Part shown: in pieces, positions 52,213 through 62,800 of the stretch
How positions within the stretch are numbered: the first letter of the stretch is position 1
Layout: each line of letters starts with the position of its first letter
Program-made: the position numbers and the translations under genes
Notes under the pieces: generated by a model
The model's database searches: none
Told to the model about the DNA's origin: nothing
What the model saw: only the letters and a program-made list of their open reading frames with translations
Assembly (NCBI GenBank): GCA_963792585.1
Contig: CAWBWI010000003.1
Coordinates: forward strand, 608,001 to 672,000
Origin: Candidatus Eiseniibacteriota bacterium
GTDB taxonomy: Bacteria; Eisenbacteria; RBG-16-71-46; CAIMUX01; VGJL01
Length of the DNA: 64,000 nucleotides
Reading direction: 5' to 3'

Positions 52213-53745
52213 ATGTCCCATCCCCTCGTTGCGATCGTCGGGTACTGCACCAATGATTCGGCCCGAATCTTCTGTTGTACGAAGCTAGCCAAGACCGAGA
52301 AGCCGGCCGCACGGATGTTCTGGAGAACGCCCGGGGCGGCATTCGCCTCCACCGAGATCATGCTCCGTGGCGCAGCTCCCTACTTTATCGGAGTCTTCGA
52401 CCTGAACGGATTACCATCTGGAGTGATGATCGAGTACGCGATCGACATGGCCAGGCAGTCGGACAAGCTCGCAGCCGATGCCCGGGCTGGGGGGCTGCGG
52501 TGGAACTCCTTCCGTTTGCTTCCCGCTGATCGACCCCTGCGCATCGGGCTCGTGAGTTGCAACGGCGTGTATGAAATCAGCGATGAGGGTCGGCGGTATG
52601 TTCTCTGGGATGAACTCAAGAGGCAGATCGACGATAAGCAAGTGGACCTGGTAATCCACTGCGGGGATCAGATCTATGCGGACGCGATCTGGGAGAAATA
52701 CGACTCGAACCCCAAGAACCGGAATCTTCGTCCGGAATCGACTGCTCGTGTGCTCGATCTAACCCGCCAATACCGGGAGTGGTATGTGACGACCTGGAGC
52801 GCTCCGTCGGTCGCAGCGGTGCTCGGCAGCTGTCCGAACCTGATGGTCTGGGACGACCACGACATCTACGACGGTTACGGATCCCACGACGAGGACGGCG
52901 ATCCGCCACAGCAGGCGTTTCTCAGGGCGGCGGGCACGGCCTATCAGGAGTTCCAGCTCTCGCACGGCCCCGAACGCTTGCACCCGGCATCGTCGCTCAG
53001 GGCGATCCGGCTAGACGAGACGGCCATGATCTTGCTGGATGCCCGGACCAATCGTCTCTGGGAGAAAAAGACGGTTCTGGGACGGGAGCAGATCGATCAG
53101 CTGGCGACGTGGGGTGAGCAGCACCTGGAGGGGGTACGCCGGCTCTACCTCGTTTCGAGCATCCCGTTCATCCACGCCAATGTGTCCGCCGCCCTCACCG
53201 TGCTGCGCCTCATTCCTGGGACGGAGGGGATCGAGGACGATCTCCGTGATGCCTGGACGGCGGGGAATAACCTGGACGAGTGCCGATCGGTTCTGCGGCG
53301 GCTCTTCAAGTGGACCAGCAAGTACAGGGACCTGCAGATCACCATCCTCTCGGGCGACGTTCACGTGGGCGCGGTGGGAGAGATCACCGAGGATGATCCG
53401 ACGGGCAGATGGGCCAACGGATCCCAGGCGAAGATCTACCAGGTCACCGCTTCGGCGATCGGCAAACTCCCGCCCTCGGGCGTAGCCGGTTGGCTCATCA
53501 ACCTGGCGACAAACGCGAAGTTCGATCTGGGATCTTCCTTCACGGGCCAGCTCATGACTCTCAACGGCGTGGGGCGACAGATTCTGAGCGGGCGGAACTT
53601 CGCCGTACTTGACCCCTGTGACGCCAGCGGGTCAAGTTGGGAGGCACACGGCAATCTCCACCTCTTCTTTCATGCAGAGAACACCAAGACCCGCGGCGTT
53701 GAAGTCCTCAAGCAGGTCCTAGAGGGTCCGGGGCGCCCGGCCTGA
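52213..53745 (+). CDS. PhoD-like (alkaline phosphatase D) metallophosphatase
   Basis: VSCN, GDQIYAD, WDDHD, LLDAR and LSGDVH motifs. Confidence 0.88.
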   Translation: MSHPLVAIVGYCTNDSARIFCCTKLAKTEKPAARMFWRTPGAAFASTEIMLRGAAPYFIGVFDLNGLPSGVMIEYAIDMARQSDKLAADARAGGLRWNSFRLLPADRPLRIGLVSCNGVYEISDEGRRYVLWDELKRQIDDKQVDLVIHCGDQIYADAIWEKYDSNPKNRNLRPESTARVLDLTRQYREWYVTTWSAPSVAAVLGSCPNLMVWDDHDIYDGYGSHDEDGDPPQQAFLRAAGTAYQEFQLSHGPERLHPASSLRAIRLDETAMILLDARTNRLWEKKTVLGREQIDQLATWGEQHLEGVRRLYLVSSIPFIHANVSAALTVLRLIPGTEGIEDDLRDAWTAGNNLDECRSVLRRLFKWTSKYRDLQITILSGDVHVGAVGEITEDDPTGRWANGSQAKIYQVTASAIGKLPPSGVAGWLINLATNAKFDLGSSFTGQLMTLNGVGRQILSGRNFAVLDPCDASGSSWEAHGNLHLFFHAENTKTRGVEVLKQVLEGPGRPA

Positions 53746-54194
53746 TACGCGGTGGCGGGGCATTGGCCCTCTGCCGTGCCCGGCCGCGAAATGGAGGGCG
53801 TTGTCGGTGTTGCGAAGGCAGCCCATGACGCCTTACTCACTACTGCCCGGATGCCAACCTCATCGAGTTTGGGTTCCTCTGGTTGACGCACATGCGATCG
53901 GGACGTGGCGAGCGTGGCGGCCGGAGCGCAAGGGTCGCGGGAGCGGAGACGTGGACTACCCCAAGGCGAGGGAAAACGGGAGCATCGGGCAGGGCCGAGG
54001 GGTCCGGCAAGAGATGAGCTGGCAGCACGTGGCCCGACCGAACGGGCGATGTGCGCGACTCGATTCAACCGCAATCGCAGCAACCCGGGCCGGGTTCTCA
54101 GAAGGAACGAGCTTTGCGGGGCTTTCCGATGTGGGCATGATATCCACCTTTCTTCTTGGTGAGGACCCGGTAGGAAATCGGAGCCGAAACGGCC

Positions 54195-55094
54195 TCACTC
54201 TGCCATGAGCGCAGCTCGGCGGAGATTGAGGAACTCTCTGACGCTCGTGGGTTCATGACCCGTCAGATCGGCGACGCTCCCAGACGCCGGTGCGAACAGG
54301 CCCTGAGCCATCCCGACGTCGAAGGACACCCACAGATCCGCCACGGGCCTCGGCATTCCCCCTTCGACCGCGCGCGTCCGCAGCGCCTCAGGGTCCACGG
54401 CGACGTACGACACAGGCCTACCCGTCAGTTGGCTGGTAAGCTTGGCGAGATCTGCGTAGGTGACGACCTCTGGACCTGTCACGTCCAACTTCCTCTGCCC
54501 AGCGAAATCGGACTCAAGCGCGGCAGCCGCCGCCTGGGCGCAGTCCTCCCGCGTGACGTATGCCGCGCCGCCCGTTCCCGCAGCCGCGACCAGGTGTCCG
54601 GACGCGACCGCCCGCGGCAGGCTCATGAGCAGCAGGTCGGTGTAGAGATTGTTGCGCAGCACGGTGAATCCAAGGCCGCTCGCCTCGAGCGCAGCCTCGG
54701 TTTGGTGGTGATCAGTCGCGATGAGCACCGGTGAGCCGGGCTCAGGGTGAGTGAGAGACGTGTAGACGATGTGCCGCAGGCCAGCGCGCACCGCGGCGTT
54801 GATCGCCCTTTGATGTTGTTCGAAGCGCCGACCCGGTCGATCAAGGGCATCCGTGCTGACAAGCAACATCCGCTCGGCACCGGCGAAGGCCTCGGTGATT
54901 GCATCCGGGTCATCGTCGAAGTCGACCGGGCGGATCTCAACGCCATCCGCGGCAAAGTGCTCGAGCTTCTCCGGATGCCGTGTCGTCGTGATGACTTGGC
55001 CGGCCCGCGCCTCGAGAAGCAACTCGACGACGCGTTGGGCGAGGTGCCCCGAAGCCCCGGTAACCAGCAGCCTGGGACTCGTACTTGCACTCAT
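54195..55094 (-). CDS. NmrA-family SDR, NAD(P)H:quinone oxidoreductase (QorB/YtfG-like)
   Basis: VTGASGHLA, HIVYTS, DHHQTE, LRNNLY and VTREDCA motifs. Confidence 0.9.
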   Translation of the reverse strand: MSASTSPRLLVTGASGHLAQRVVELLLEARAGQVITTTRHPEKLEHFAADGVEIRPVDFDDDPDAITEAFAGAERMLLVSTDALDRPGRRFEQHQRAINAAVRAGLRHIVYTSLTHPEPGSPVLIATDHHQTEAALEASGLGFTVLRNNLYTDLLLMSLPRAVASGHLVAAAGTGGAAYVTREDCAQAAAAALESDFAGQRKLDVTGPEVVTYADLAKLTSQLTGRPVSYVAVDPEALRTRAVEGGMPRPVADLWVSFDVGMAQGLFAPASGSVADLTGHEPTSVREFLNLRRAALMAE

Positions 55095-55164
55095 GGGTTC
55101 AAGCCTCCTTCTTGTGGTTGTCAATGCTGAGCGGTTCGGTCCCGAACGCGACCACGGGCATTGG

Positions 55165-55545
55165 CTATTTAGGCAACGCTATGGTAACGAGGGTCAGCAA
55201 GACGGCGAACAGGAATGCCTTGAGAATGGCTCGACGTGCCTGCCGCCGCACCTGCGCCGCCACCGCTTCGTCTTCGATTTTCTCCACTTTGTGGCCCAAT
55301 TTACGCGCGCCGCGCGCAGCCAGCGCTACTCAAGTCTTGTCACGCCATTGAAAGAAGCCAATGGCCGCGCCCCAGAATAGGAACAAGAGTGGCAGCCGCC
55401 ACAGGCGATGCGTGCCCGTTGCCATAAGCGCGGCAAGCATGGCAAAGGCGATAACACACTGGATCATGCCGAAAAGTAGCCTCCTACGCCGCTCAGGCGG
55501 GCTGATATTAGCGATGCACACAGTCAACTCGCCAATCATAGCCAT
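55165..55545 (-). CDS. Small membrane protein with in-frame UGA; candidate selenoprotein (126 aa)
   Basis: GFFQWRDKT-TGA(55330-32)-VALAARG...LLTLVTIALPK stays in frame. A hairpin starts 11 nt after the UGA. Confidence 0.65.
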
Positions 55546-55549
55546 GGGT

Positions 55550-55960
55550 TTAGACCTTCCTCCTGCGGTTGTCGATGCTGAACGGTCCAGCCCCGAACGC
55601 GATCACGAGCAGCAGGCCGCCCAAGATCGCCAGGTTCTTCATGAACATGATCATGTTCATCTGCTGCTCCGTTCCTTCCAACGCCCAGAAGTTGTGGAAG
55701 ATGAGCGTAGCGGGGATCAGGAACACAATGAGCGCTGCGGCGCCGATCCTCGCCTTGAGGCCCATCAGAACCGACAGCCCGCCCCCGATTTCAAGGAGAA
55801 CGGCGGCAACGAGGAGAAGGGGGACGAGCGGCATTCCCTTGGACGCCATGTATCCGGCCGTCTTGTGCCATCCGCCGATCTTGCCGAAGCCACTGGCAAG
55901 AAAGATGAGTGCCAGTAGCATGCGACCAAGTGGCGGGGTGATGCGTTCAATCTTCGCCAT
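55550..55960 (-). CDS. DoxX family membrane protein
   Basis: GRMLLALIFLASGFGK, EIGGG and FMKNLAILGGLL motifs. Confidence 0.92.
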   Translation of the reverse strand: MAKIERITPPLGRMLLALIFLASGFGKIGGWHKTAGYMASKGMPLVPLLLVAAVLLEIGGGLSVLMGLKARIGAAALIVFLIPATLIFHNFWALEGTEQQMNMIMFMKNLAILGGLLLVIAFGAGPFSIDNRRRKV

Positions 55961-56013
55961 GTCACTACCTCCTCTACAAGTTCTGGGCAGGCTCGCCAGC
56001 TGTTGCGATATAA

Positions 56014-56034
56014 CGATATACGTCCATACATCGA
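56014..56034. promoter_or_regulatory. Putative ArsR operator upstream of doxX
   Basis: CGATAT-N8-ACATCGA inverted repeat, also present at 56430. Confidence 0.55.
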
Positions 56035-56074
56035 AATATATGATAACAACGAGCCCTGCGGAGTTGTCGTGGGC

Positions 56075-56392
56075 TCACTTCTTCCGTTCGCGTCTACTCG
56101 CCGAGCGATTCGATCCCGAATGCACCAGTTTCTGGCGCAGGATTTCGATATAGGCGTCCAGGACATTCGTCCTCGCCAAGAAATATCCGTGCTGACCCTC
56201 GCGCCGCACATCGACGAGACCTGCATCCGCGAGAACCTTGAGGTGATGAGAAACGGTGGACTGTCCGATCGGAAAGCGCTCCGCGATTGCTCCGCACGAC
56301 ATCTCCCTCACCTCGGCGATCACCCGGAGGATTTCGATGCGCCTAGGATCGGCGAGCGCCTTCGCAATGCGCGTAAACTGCTTGTCATCCAT
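56075..56392 (-). CDS. ArsR/SmtB family regulator
   Basis: KALADPRRIEIL and QSTVSHHLKVLADAGLV motifs. Confidence 0.93.
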   Translation of the reverse strand: MDDKQFTRIAKALADPRRIEILRVIAEVREMSCGAIAERFPIGQSTVSHHLKVLADAGLVDVRREGQHGYFLARTNVLDAYIEILRQKLVHSGSNRSASRRERKK

Positions 56393-56429
56393 CGAATTCC
56401 TCCCGGTGAAGGCGGCCTGTCGAACCATT

Positions 56430-56450
56430 CGATATATTTACACACATCGA
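56430..56450. promoter_or_regulatory. Putative ArsR auto-operator
   Basis: CGATAT-ATTTACAC-ACATCGA, the same arms and spacing as 56014. Confidence 0.55.
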
Positions 56451-57287
56451 TTGACTGTGTCAATCCTCGCAGTGAGCCAAAACTCAGCCCGCCCGAACTG
56501 GCGGAAACACAAGCGGTTATGAGCAGCCCCTCCGGCAGATCTTGGCTGAGTTCCTTCCTGGGTAGAGTATCCGATCCCTTCTGAACACTCTGTCCACGTT
56601 GGCTCATCTTTAGATACCGCGGTACCCCGCCAGAGTTGAACCAGAGGCGGGTTTTGAATAGGGGTTCGGAGTGAGTTGGGGGGCAAGGTCATGAAGGGTC
56701 TGCGGACTCGACTTTGTCCTACGGCACGCCAAGCCGGCACCAGCCTCGTCCCCCGCGCCTCGAACGCCAGCACCACGACCTCAAGCCCCCCCCCCACAAT
56801 CCACCTGTCGGGCCTCACAACGGACCCCACTGCGTTCGCCGGCAGTGGAAGGAGCAGGAGTGGCCCGTACGCGCGTGGCGACCCGGATGGCAACCGGCAC
56901 ACCTTCAGCTCGGCACAACCATATCGCGCCGTCAGGGCCACGGAGCCGCGACTACGGCGCGCTGGTGAACACCTCGATTCCAGCCGTCTCCACCAACGGA
57001 GGCCATCGATGGGACAAGCATCTCAAGGATGACAGGGTTTGACGCCCCCCCCCCCCGTGCCTTGGGCTACTCCCTTGCCGCACCCTGGCTCGGGTGGATC
57101 ATCGGCTCTAGCTTCGTGCGACGGCCATGAGTGCGTACCCCAGGCGATGGGGGAGCAAAATCGGTGGAATCGAAGAAGGCAGTCGAGCCGAACCATCGCT
57201 AAGCCAAGAAGATGGGCACCGCGCATTGTGTGTCCCTCGTCGTGTGGGTCTCAGCCTGATCGTCCAGCGTTGGGAACCGCTCGCCCG

Positions 57288-57557
57288 TCAGTATCCGCCT
57301 TCGGAGCCGTCTGGCTCCAGGAGGTCCAGCCTCACGCGTTGCGTGGTCTTCGCCGCGCAGGCGATCACGAGATGCCGGATCGCATCGACGATGCGTCCAT
57401 GCTTCCCGAGCACCATGCCGATCTCTCCGGGGGCGACTCGGATCGTCAGATGAACGACTCCGTCATCGGTGGACTGGACTGCGACGTCAACGGCCTCCGG
57501 CTGGTCGACGACCATCTGAACCAACCGGGATGCGAATTCTCTGAGTTCGGTATGCAC
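57288..57557 (-). CDS. KhpA-like KH-domain RNA-binding protein
   Basis: VDQPEAVDV...IRVAPGEIGMVLGKHGRIVDAIR. CAGGAGG RBS. Confidence 0.8.
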   Translation of the reverse strand: MHTELREFASRLVQMVVDQPEAVDVAVQSTDDGVVHLTIRVAPGEIGMVLGKHGRIVDAIRHLVIACAAKTTQRVRLDLLEPDGSEGGY

Positions 57558-57911
57558 GAATCGCGACCTCCTGCAACGTCAATGAAGTAAGTGGGTCATG
57601 GAAGAACGAGGATGACCGCGAAGAACATGGCTTCCACAGGTTACCCTCACCCGGTCCGGCTCGCGCTGCCCAAGCGCGTCTCTGTGGGCTACAGCAACTG
57701 GGTGTGCTCCGCAAGAGCCTCCGAAGCCCACCAGGCTCTTGATAGGAACACGCCGAACAGCTGGGGGCGGATCCCCTGGTCCCTCGGGCCTCCTCTTTCA
57801 GCGACAATCCCATTCGGCCGATTGGGGAGACTGTTCGCCAGCTCCCTTCGAGTATCGGTGCTGCTCCAGCCGACGTGCGAAGCAAGGGTCGGGCCGACGA
57901 CAGGGACAGGC

Positions 57912-59801
57912 TCACCTAGCCGCCATCGGCTGGTAGAAGCGTCCAAGCCCTTCGATGGCGGTCCGGACCAAGTCAGCCCGTGGCTCGGGTGCGTTCAGTT
58001 TGATATCCTCCAGCGGGTAACCCCGCGTGTAGAGCGGAAGCACCACATAAGCGTCGTTGTCTATGACGAAGGCATGGTTGAAATTGCTCGCGATCACCAA
58101 CGCCCGATCCCCCGTCAGATCCTGAAATAGATTTCGTCCGTTGCTGTAGGTCGATGGGTCACTCTGGACGCCGAAAACCTCCTGGATGAGAGTCGTTGGA
58201 ATGTCGACGTGAGTTGTGGGAGCGTCGACGACTCGCGGAGCCAGGCCGGGATAGTAGAGCACGAGAGGAACCCGGATCTGGTACTGGGTGAAGTTGCTGG
58301 TGTGTCCCCAGTAGCCGGCCTCGTCGTCGTCGAATTCCTCGCCGTGATCCGTTGTGATCACGATCGCCGTTTCCTCCATCATCCCCAGGGACTCGAGTTC
58401 GCCGAGCAATTCCCCGATCAAGGCGTCGTCAAATCGGACGGCGTTATGGTAGTCGTTCAAGTAGCATGCTCGCTCTCCGCGGCGAACCGTCATCGCCGGG
58501 TTGATTTCCTTGGCCGGGGTGAATACCCGAAAGGAGTCCGGATAGGCGTAGGGATAGTGGCTCGCCTTGTAGAAGGCGAAGAGCATGAACGGGTGGTCTT
58601 GACCCTTCTGTGCGCGAAGGAAGGAGATCATCTGATTGGTCATGTCCAGTTCCTTCTCGATCCGACTGGAGCCGGAGAATGTTTCGTGGATTGTGATGTC
58701 CCGAAACATCGTATCTGTGATCTTATGCCTTTCAAAGTGCGAGTCGGCGTAAATCCCGAATGAGTAATGCGCCTCCTCCATTAAGTCAATCAGCAGAGGA
58801 TTGTGCAGGAGCGCGTTGTTCGACTTCACGGCCATCCAATAGGTCGGGTGCAAGCCGTACAACAAACCGAAGATCCCGGGGGTGGTGGCGTTTCCGGAAC
58901 TGAAGTGTTTCCGGAAGTTCGATGACCTGCGGGAGAACGCATAGATGTGGGGCGTGATCGAGTCGCTCATTGCGTCATAGCGCCAGCTCTCCAGGACGAG
59001 GAAGACCACGTTGAGCGGGCGAGTCCCGTCCGAGAGTGTCGCCTCGCAATCCTGCAGGGGGTACCGCAGCGATGTGGACGGACCGTCGCCGTGGGCGTTC
59101 TCCTCTGGCCCCGGTTCAATCGGGAGCAGGTTGCCATACTTGACCGCATTCCCGTGAGAGGTAACCGGTACGTAGAACGGGAAGTGCGGAGTGAGGCTCG
59201 TGATCCGGCCGATGTCTCGCTCGAAGGCAACAATGTGGACGAGCTGGCTCGAGACGAATGCGATCAGCGAGACCGACGCCAGAGCGAGTAGGATCCAGCG
59301 ACGCGGCCGGAGGCGGCGGGCCACGCGGAAGAAGCCAAGTTCAAGGGCGCTCAGGCCGACGAGGACGAGCCCGGCGTAAGCCAGGGCGGATGGGGGCAGC
59401 CCGATCCCCGCGAGGTCATGCCAGACGTAGTTCATCCAGAACGGATCAATGTGAAAACGGCAGACGGCATAGACGCGATGGTCTAAGAACAGGTAGTAGT
59501 TGAAGAGGGTCAGGACCAGACCGCTCAACAGGAGCGAGACGCGAGGCGCGAAGAGCAAGGCGAAGGACAGGACGGTGACGACAGCGAGGAGTATGAGGAC
59601 GTAGTAGCCGAGGACGATCCCCGCTACGTAGAGGAACACCAGTGGGTCCAGCTCCGTCCCTCGGAGGTTCAGAGTGAGCGGCAGGGCAATCAACGGGATG
59701 TTCAGCAGCAGGACGGTGACGACGCGAAAGTAAGGCTCTAGGCGACGGCTCAGGGCGCGACCACAGGCCGAGGCAAGGGGCGAGAACGCAGGTGCGAGCA
59801 T
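57912..59801 (-). CDS. DUF3413 membrane-anchored sulfatase-like protein (YejM/PbgA-like)
   Basis: Five N-terminal TM helices, LESWRYD, HFSSGNAT, TTDHGEEF and WGH motifs. Confidence 0.85.
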   Translation of the reverse strand: MLAPAFSPLASACGRALSRRLEPYFRVVTVLLLNIPLIALPLTLNLRGTELDPLVFLYVAGIVLGYYVLILLAVVTVLSFALLFAPRVSLLLSGLVLTLFNYYLFLDHRVYAVCRFHIDPFWMNYVWHDLAGIGLPPSALAYAGLVLVGLSALELGFFRVARRLRPRRWILLALASVSLIAFVSSQLVHIVAFERDIGRITSLTPHFPFYVPVTSHGNAVKYGNLLPIEPGPEENAHGDGPSTSLRYPLQDCEATLSDGTRPLNVVFLVLESWRYDAMSDSITPHIYAFSRRSSNFRKHFSSGNATTPGIFGLLYGLHPTYWMAVKSNNALLHNPLLIDLMEEAHYSFGIYADSHFERHKITDTMFRDITIHETFSGSSRIEKELDMTNQMISFLRAQKGQDHPFMLFAFYKASHYPYAYPDSFRVFTPAKEINPAMTVRRGERACYLNDYHNAVRFDDALIGELLGELESLGMMEETAIVITTDHGEEFDDDEAGYWGHTSNFTQYQIRVPLVLYYPGLAPRVVDAPTTHVDIPTTLIQEVFGVQSDPSTYSNGRNLFQDLTGDRALVIASNFNHAFVIDNDAYVVLPLYTRGYPLEDIKLNAPEPRADLVRTAIEGLGRFYQPMAAR

Positions 59802-59837
59802 TGGCCGTCCTCCCTTTAGGGAACGCGCCCAGGGGTC

Positions 59838-62800
59838 CTACTCAGTGCCAATCGCCCGCAGGTAAGCAGAGCGCTTCAGCCAAAAGTCGGATCTGGCGTC
59901 GATACGCTGCTCCAGTGCTTGATGGTGCAGAACTTGGGCTTCCAGGAGATCGGATAGGGTGACCAGTCCATTCTCGTGGCGGTCGCTTTCCTCGTTGAGA
60001 TTCACCTCGGCCTGCGCGACCGCCGCGTCCGCCACCTGCACTGCGATCCATGAGGCGCGCAGGTCATCCCAGCTCTTGTCGATCTCGAGGCCGATCAGAT
60101 CCCTGGTGTCGGCCAGGCTTATTTCCGCGGCCCGGACCTTCTGACGCTGGGCCATGGCTTCGTGGGCTCCTTTCCATGTCCCGGTGATCGGCACGCTGAC
60201 CATTCCAAACACGAGCGCCTCGCTTTCATCGCCGAGCCCCGAGATGTCGTAGCGAAACCATTGAGCACCGACGGAGACGGTGGGCAGCATCTCGCCGATC
60301 TTCAGAGACGTCTGGAGTCGCTCGGCCTGGACGGCCCTGTTCAGGAGGTGGATCTCCGGCCGCCGATCCTCGCCTCCGAGCCGGTCACCTGCGAGAAGCG
60401 ATGGATCCACCGGTGGAGGAGGAGTGCTGTCAGCCAGCGCGATCGTGTCCGCTTCTGGCAGTCCGATATGACGGCGGAGGTCGCGCGCGGAAAGGCGCAA
60501 GCCACTCTCCAGGCGAAGACGGTCGACCTCGGTCTGACGTCGCCGCAGCGAGACCTTGAGCAGGTCGTTCGAGGTGACCAAGCCGGCCGCCACCGCATCC
60601 GTTGCCTCGACTTCCAGGTTCGCGAGGAGGCATTCGTAGGCACGGAGCGTCCGCTCCTTCTCGGCAAGGCCGACCAGGCGCCAGTACTTCTCCTCGGTTT
60701 GGGCCAAGGCGTCACGCCGGGAAAGGGCCGTCTTGTCCCGCGCCACCGCGACTCCCAGGGTGGCGAGCCGGTTTCCGTTGACAATGCGCCCGCCGGCGAA
60801 GACCGGCTGCAGGGCGGTAACCGCAACCGCGTTCGAACGCTTGGCCAGGGCCATGGCTCCTCCGGGCACAGATACGGTGAGCCCGGTAGGATCACCGGTG
60901 TCCGGATCGATCACGGGCAGGCTCTGCCCCGGCGTGCCGATCTCCGCAAGCGGGGATTGGGCCGAGATGGCGATACCCAAGGCAGAAACTTGAGGGAAGT
61001 ACGTGGTCAGGGCGGCCAACCGGGTCTGCTGCGCTGATCGTAGATCGAGTTCGGCCTCCTGGATCTGGGCACTGTTGCGCAAGGTCAGATCCTTGCATTG
61101 GGCGAGCGTGATCGGGATCTCGCCGGCTCGGACAGGCGCTGCCGGGTAGAAGAGCATGAGCGCGAGAGCGAGCCCAACGGATGGCGGCGCGATGGATTTG
61201 CCCGGGTGTTCGCTCCGCACCACTAGCCAGTAGGCCACCGGGAGCACGAAGAGCGTTAGGGCCATCGAGAACAGAAGCCCGAAACAGGTCACGGCGCCGA
61301 GGGGTCCCCAGAGCGTCGACCCGCTCAGGATCATGGGGATGACGCCCACGGACGCGGCCGCGGAGGTGAGGAAGATGGGTCGCAGTCTACGTTGACCCGC
61401 GGCGAGGGCGGCGTCCCTCGGGGCCACCTTGTGGCCGTGGCGCAACTGCTCCGCATGGCCGACGAGGAGAATGCCGTTGCGGACCACGAGACCCATCAGG
61501 CCGATGATGCCCACGAAGGCGGTGATGCCGAACGGGTGCTGCGTGACGGTCAGCCCCAACATGCTCCCGAGGAGACCCAGAGGCATCGTCAGCATCACGA
61601 GCAGCGCCCGGCGGTGACGTTTGAACTGGAACAGGAGAATGAGGTAGATGACGGCGACACTCACGGCGAGCGAGTAGGACAGACTGCGAAACTGCTCGGC
61701 GCCGCGCTCCCTCTCCCCACCGTACTCGATTCGCACGCCCGGCGTGGGGCCGAGCTTGTCGACGAACGTACCGAGGTGACGCTGCACGTCGGAAGCAAAC
61801 TCGCCCGCGGCCACATCCACGCGGACCGTGAGCGTGCGGACGCCATTGCGCCGCACGATCGCTCCCTCATTCCACGCGGGCCGGATCTCCGCGAGCTGCT
61901 CGAGAGGCACGGTCGCCGCCACAAAGGGCGAGGAGATGTACTGCTGACGGAAGTCCTCGAGGCTCGAGGACTGGCGCGGATCATCACCGAGCAGAACACG
62001 CACCGGATAGTCCCCCTCCCAGATGGTGGCCACCGGCAACCCCTGGCCGCTTCCGGCGGCCAGTGCCGCCTGCAAGTACGCGGGAGACACCCCGAGACGC
62101 GCGCAGGCATCGGGGTCCGGGACGACCGAGATTCCCTGGAGCGACTCCTCGTAGTCATTCCGCACCCAAGTGGCGCTCGGGATCTCCCGCGCCCCGGCCT
62201 CGATGCGTTGGGCCACCTCCTTCAGCGTCTGGATGTCGTCGCCGGAGAGCCGGACTTCGACTTGCGCCGGCGCGAGCTCGAAGGCGAGCTGCTTCCAGCG
62301 GACCCAACCTTCGGGGAAGGCGTCTCTCAGGCGTGTTTCGCTGTCCTGTAGGACGGCGATGGTCGCGTTCTCGTCGACCGTGTTGACCAGTAGTTGCGCG
62401 TAATTGCGTGCCGGCATGTTCGGTGCGTAGAGGGTGTGGAAGCGCGGCGAGCTGGAGCCAACGAAGGAGGTGACGTTCACGACGCGGCGGTCCGCCAGCA
62501 GTTCCCGCTCCAGCCGGCGAACCACTTCGTCGGTCTCCTTGAGCGGCCGGCCGTTCGGCAGATAGACCTCGACCGCGAACTGGTTGCGATCGACCTTTGG
62601 AAAAAGCTGCTGCGGCACGGCTTGCCCGAGCAAGATGGCAGCGATCACCGAGACGACCCCAATGCCGATCGTAAGACGGGGGTATCGAAACGCGCTGGCG
62701 AGGCCCCGGTCGTAGATACCCTGCACGCGGTCCAGAAAGCTCTTTCGCCCGTCGCGCCGATTCTCAATCAGGCCTCGGCGGATCCAGCAAACGTTGAGGA

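Noticed and set aside
56500..57280. C-rich tracts and short ORFs, possibly a mobile-element relic or structured RNA
   Set aside because: No terminal repeats, transposase motifs or recognisable RNA family could be supported.
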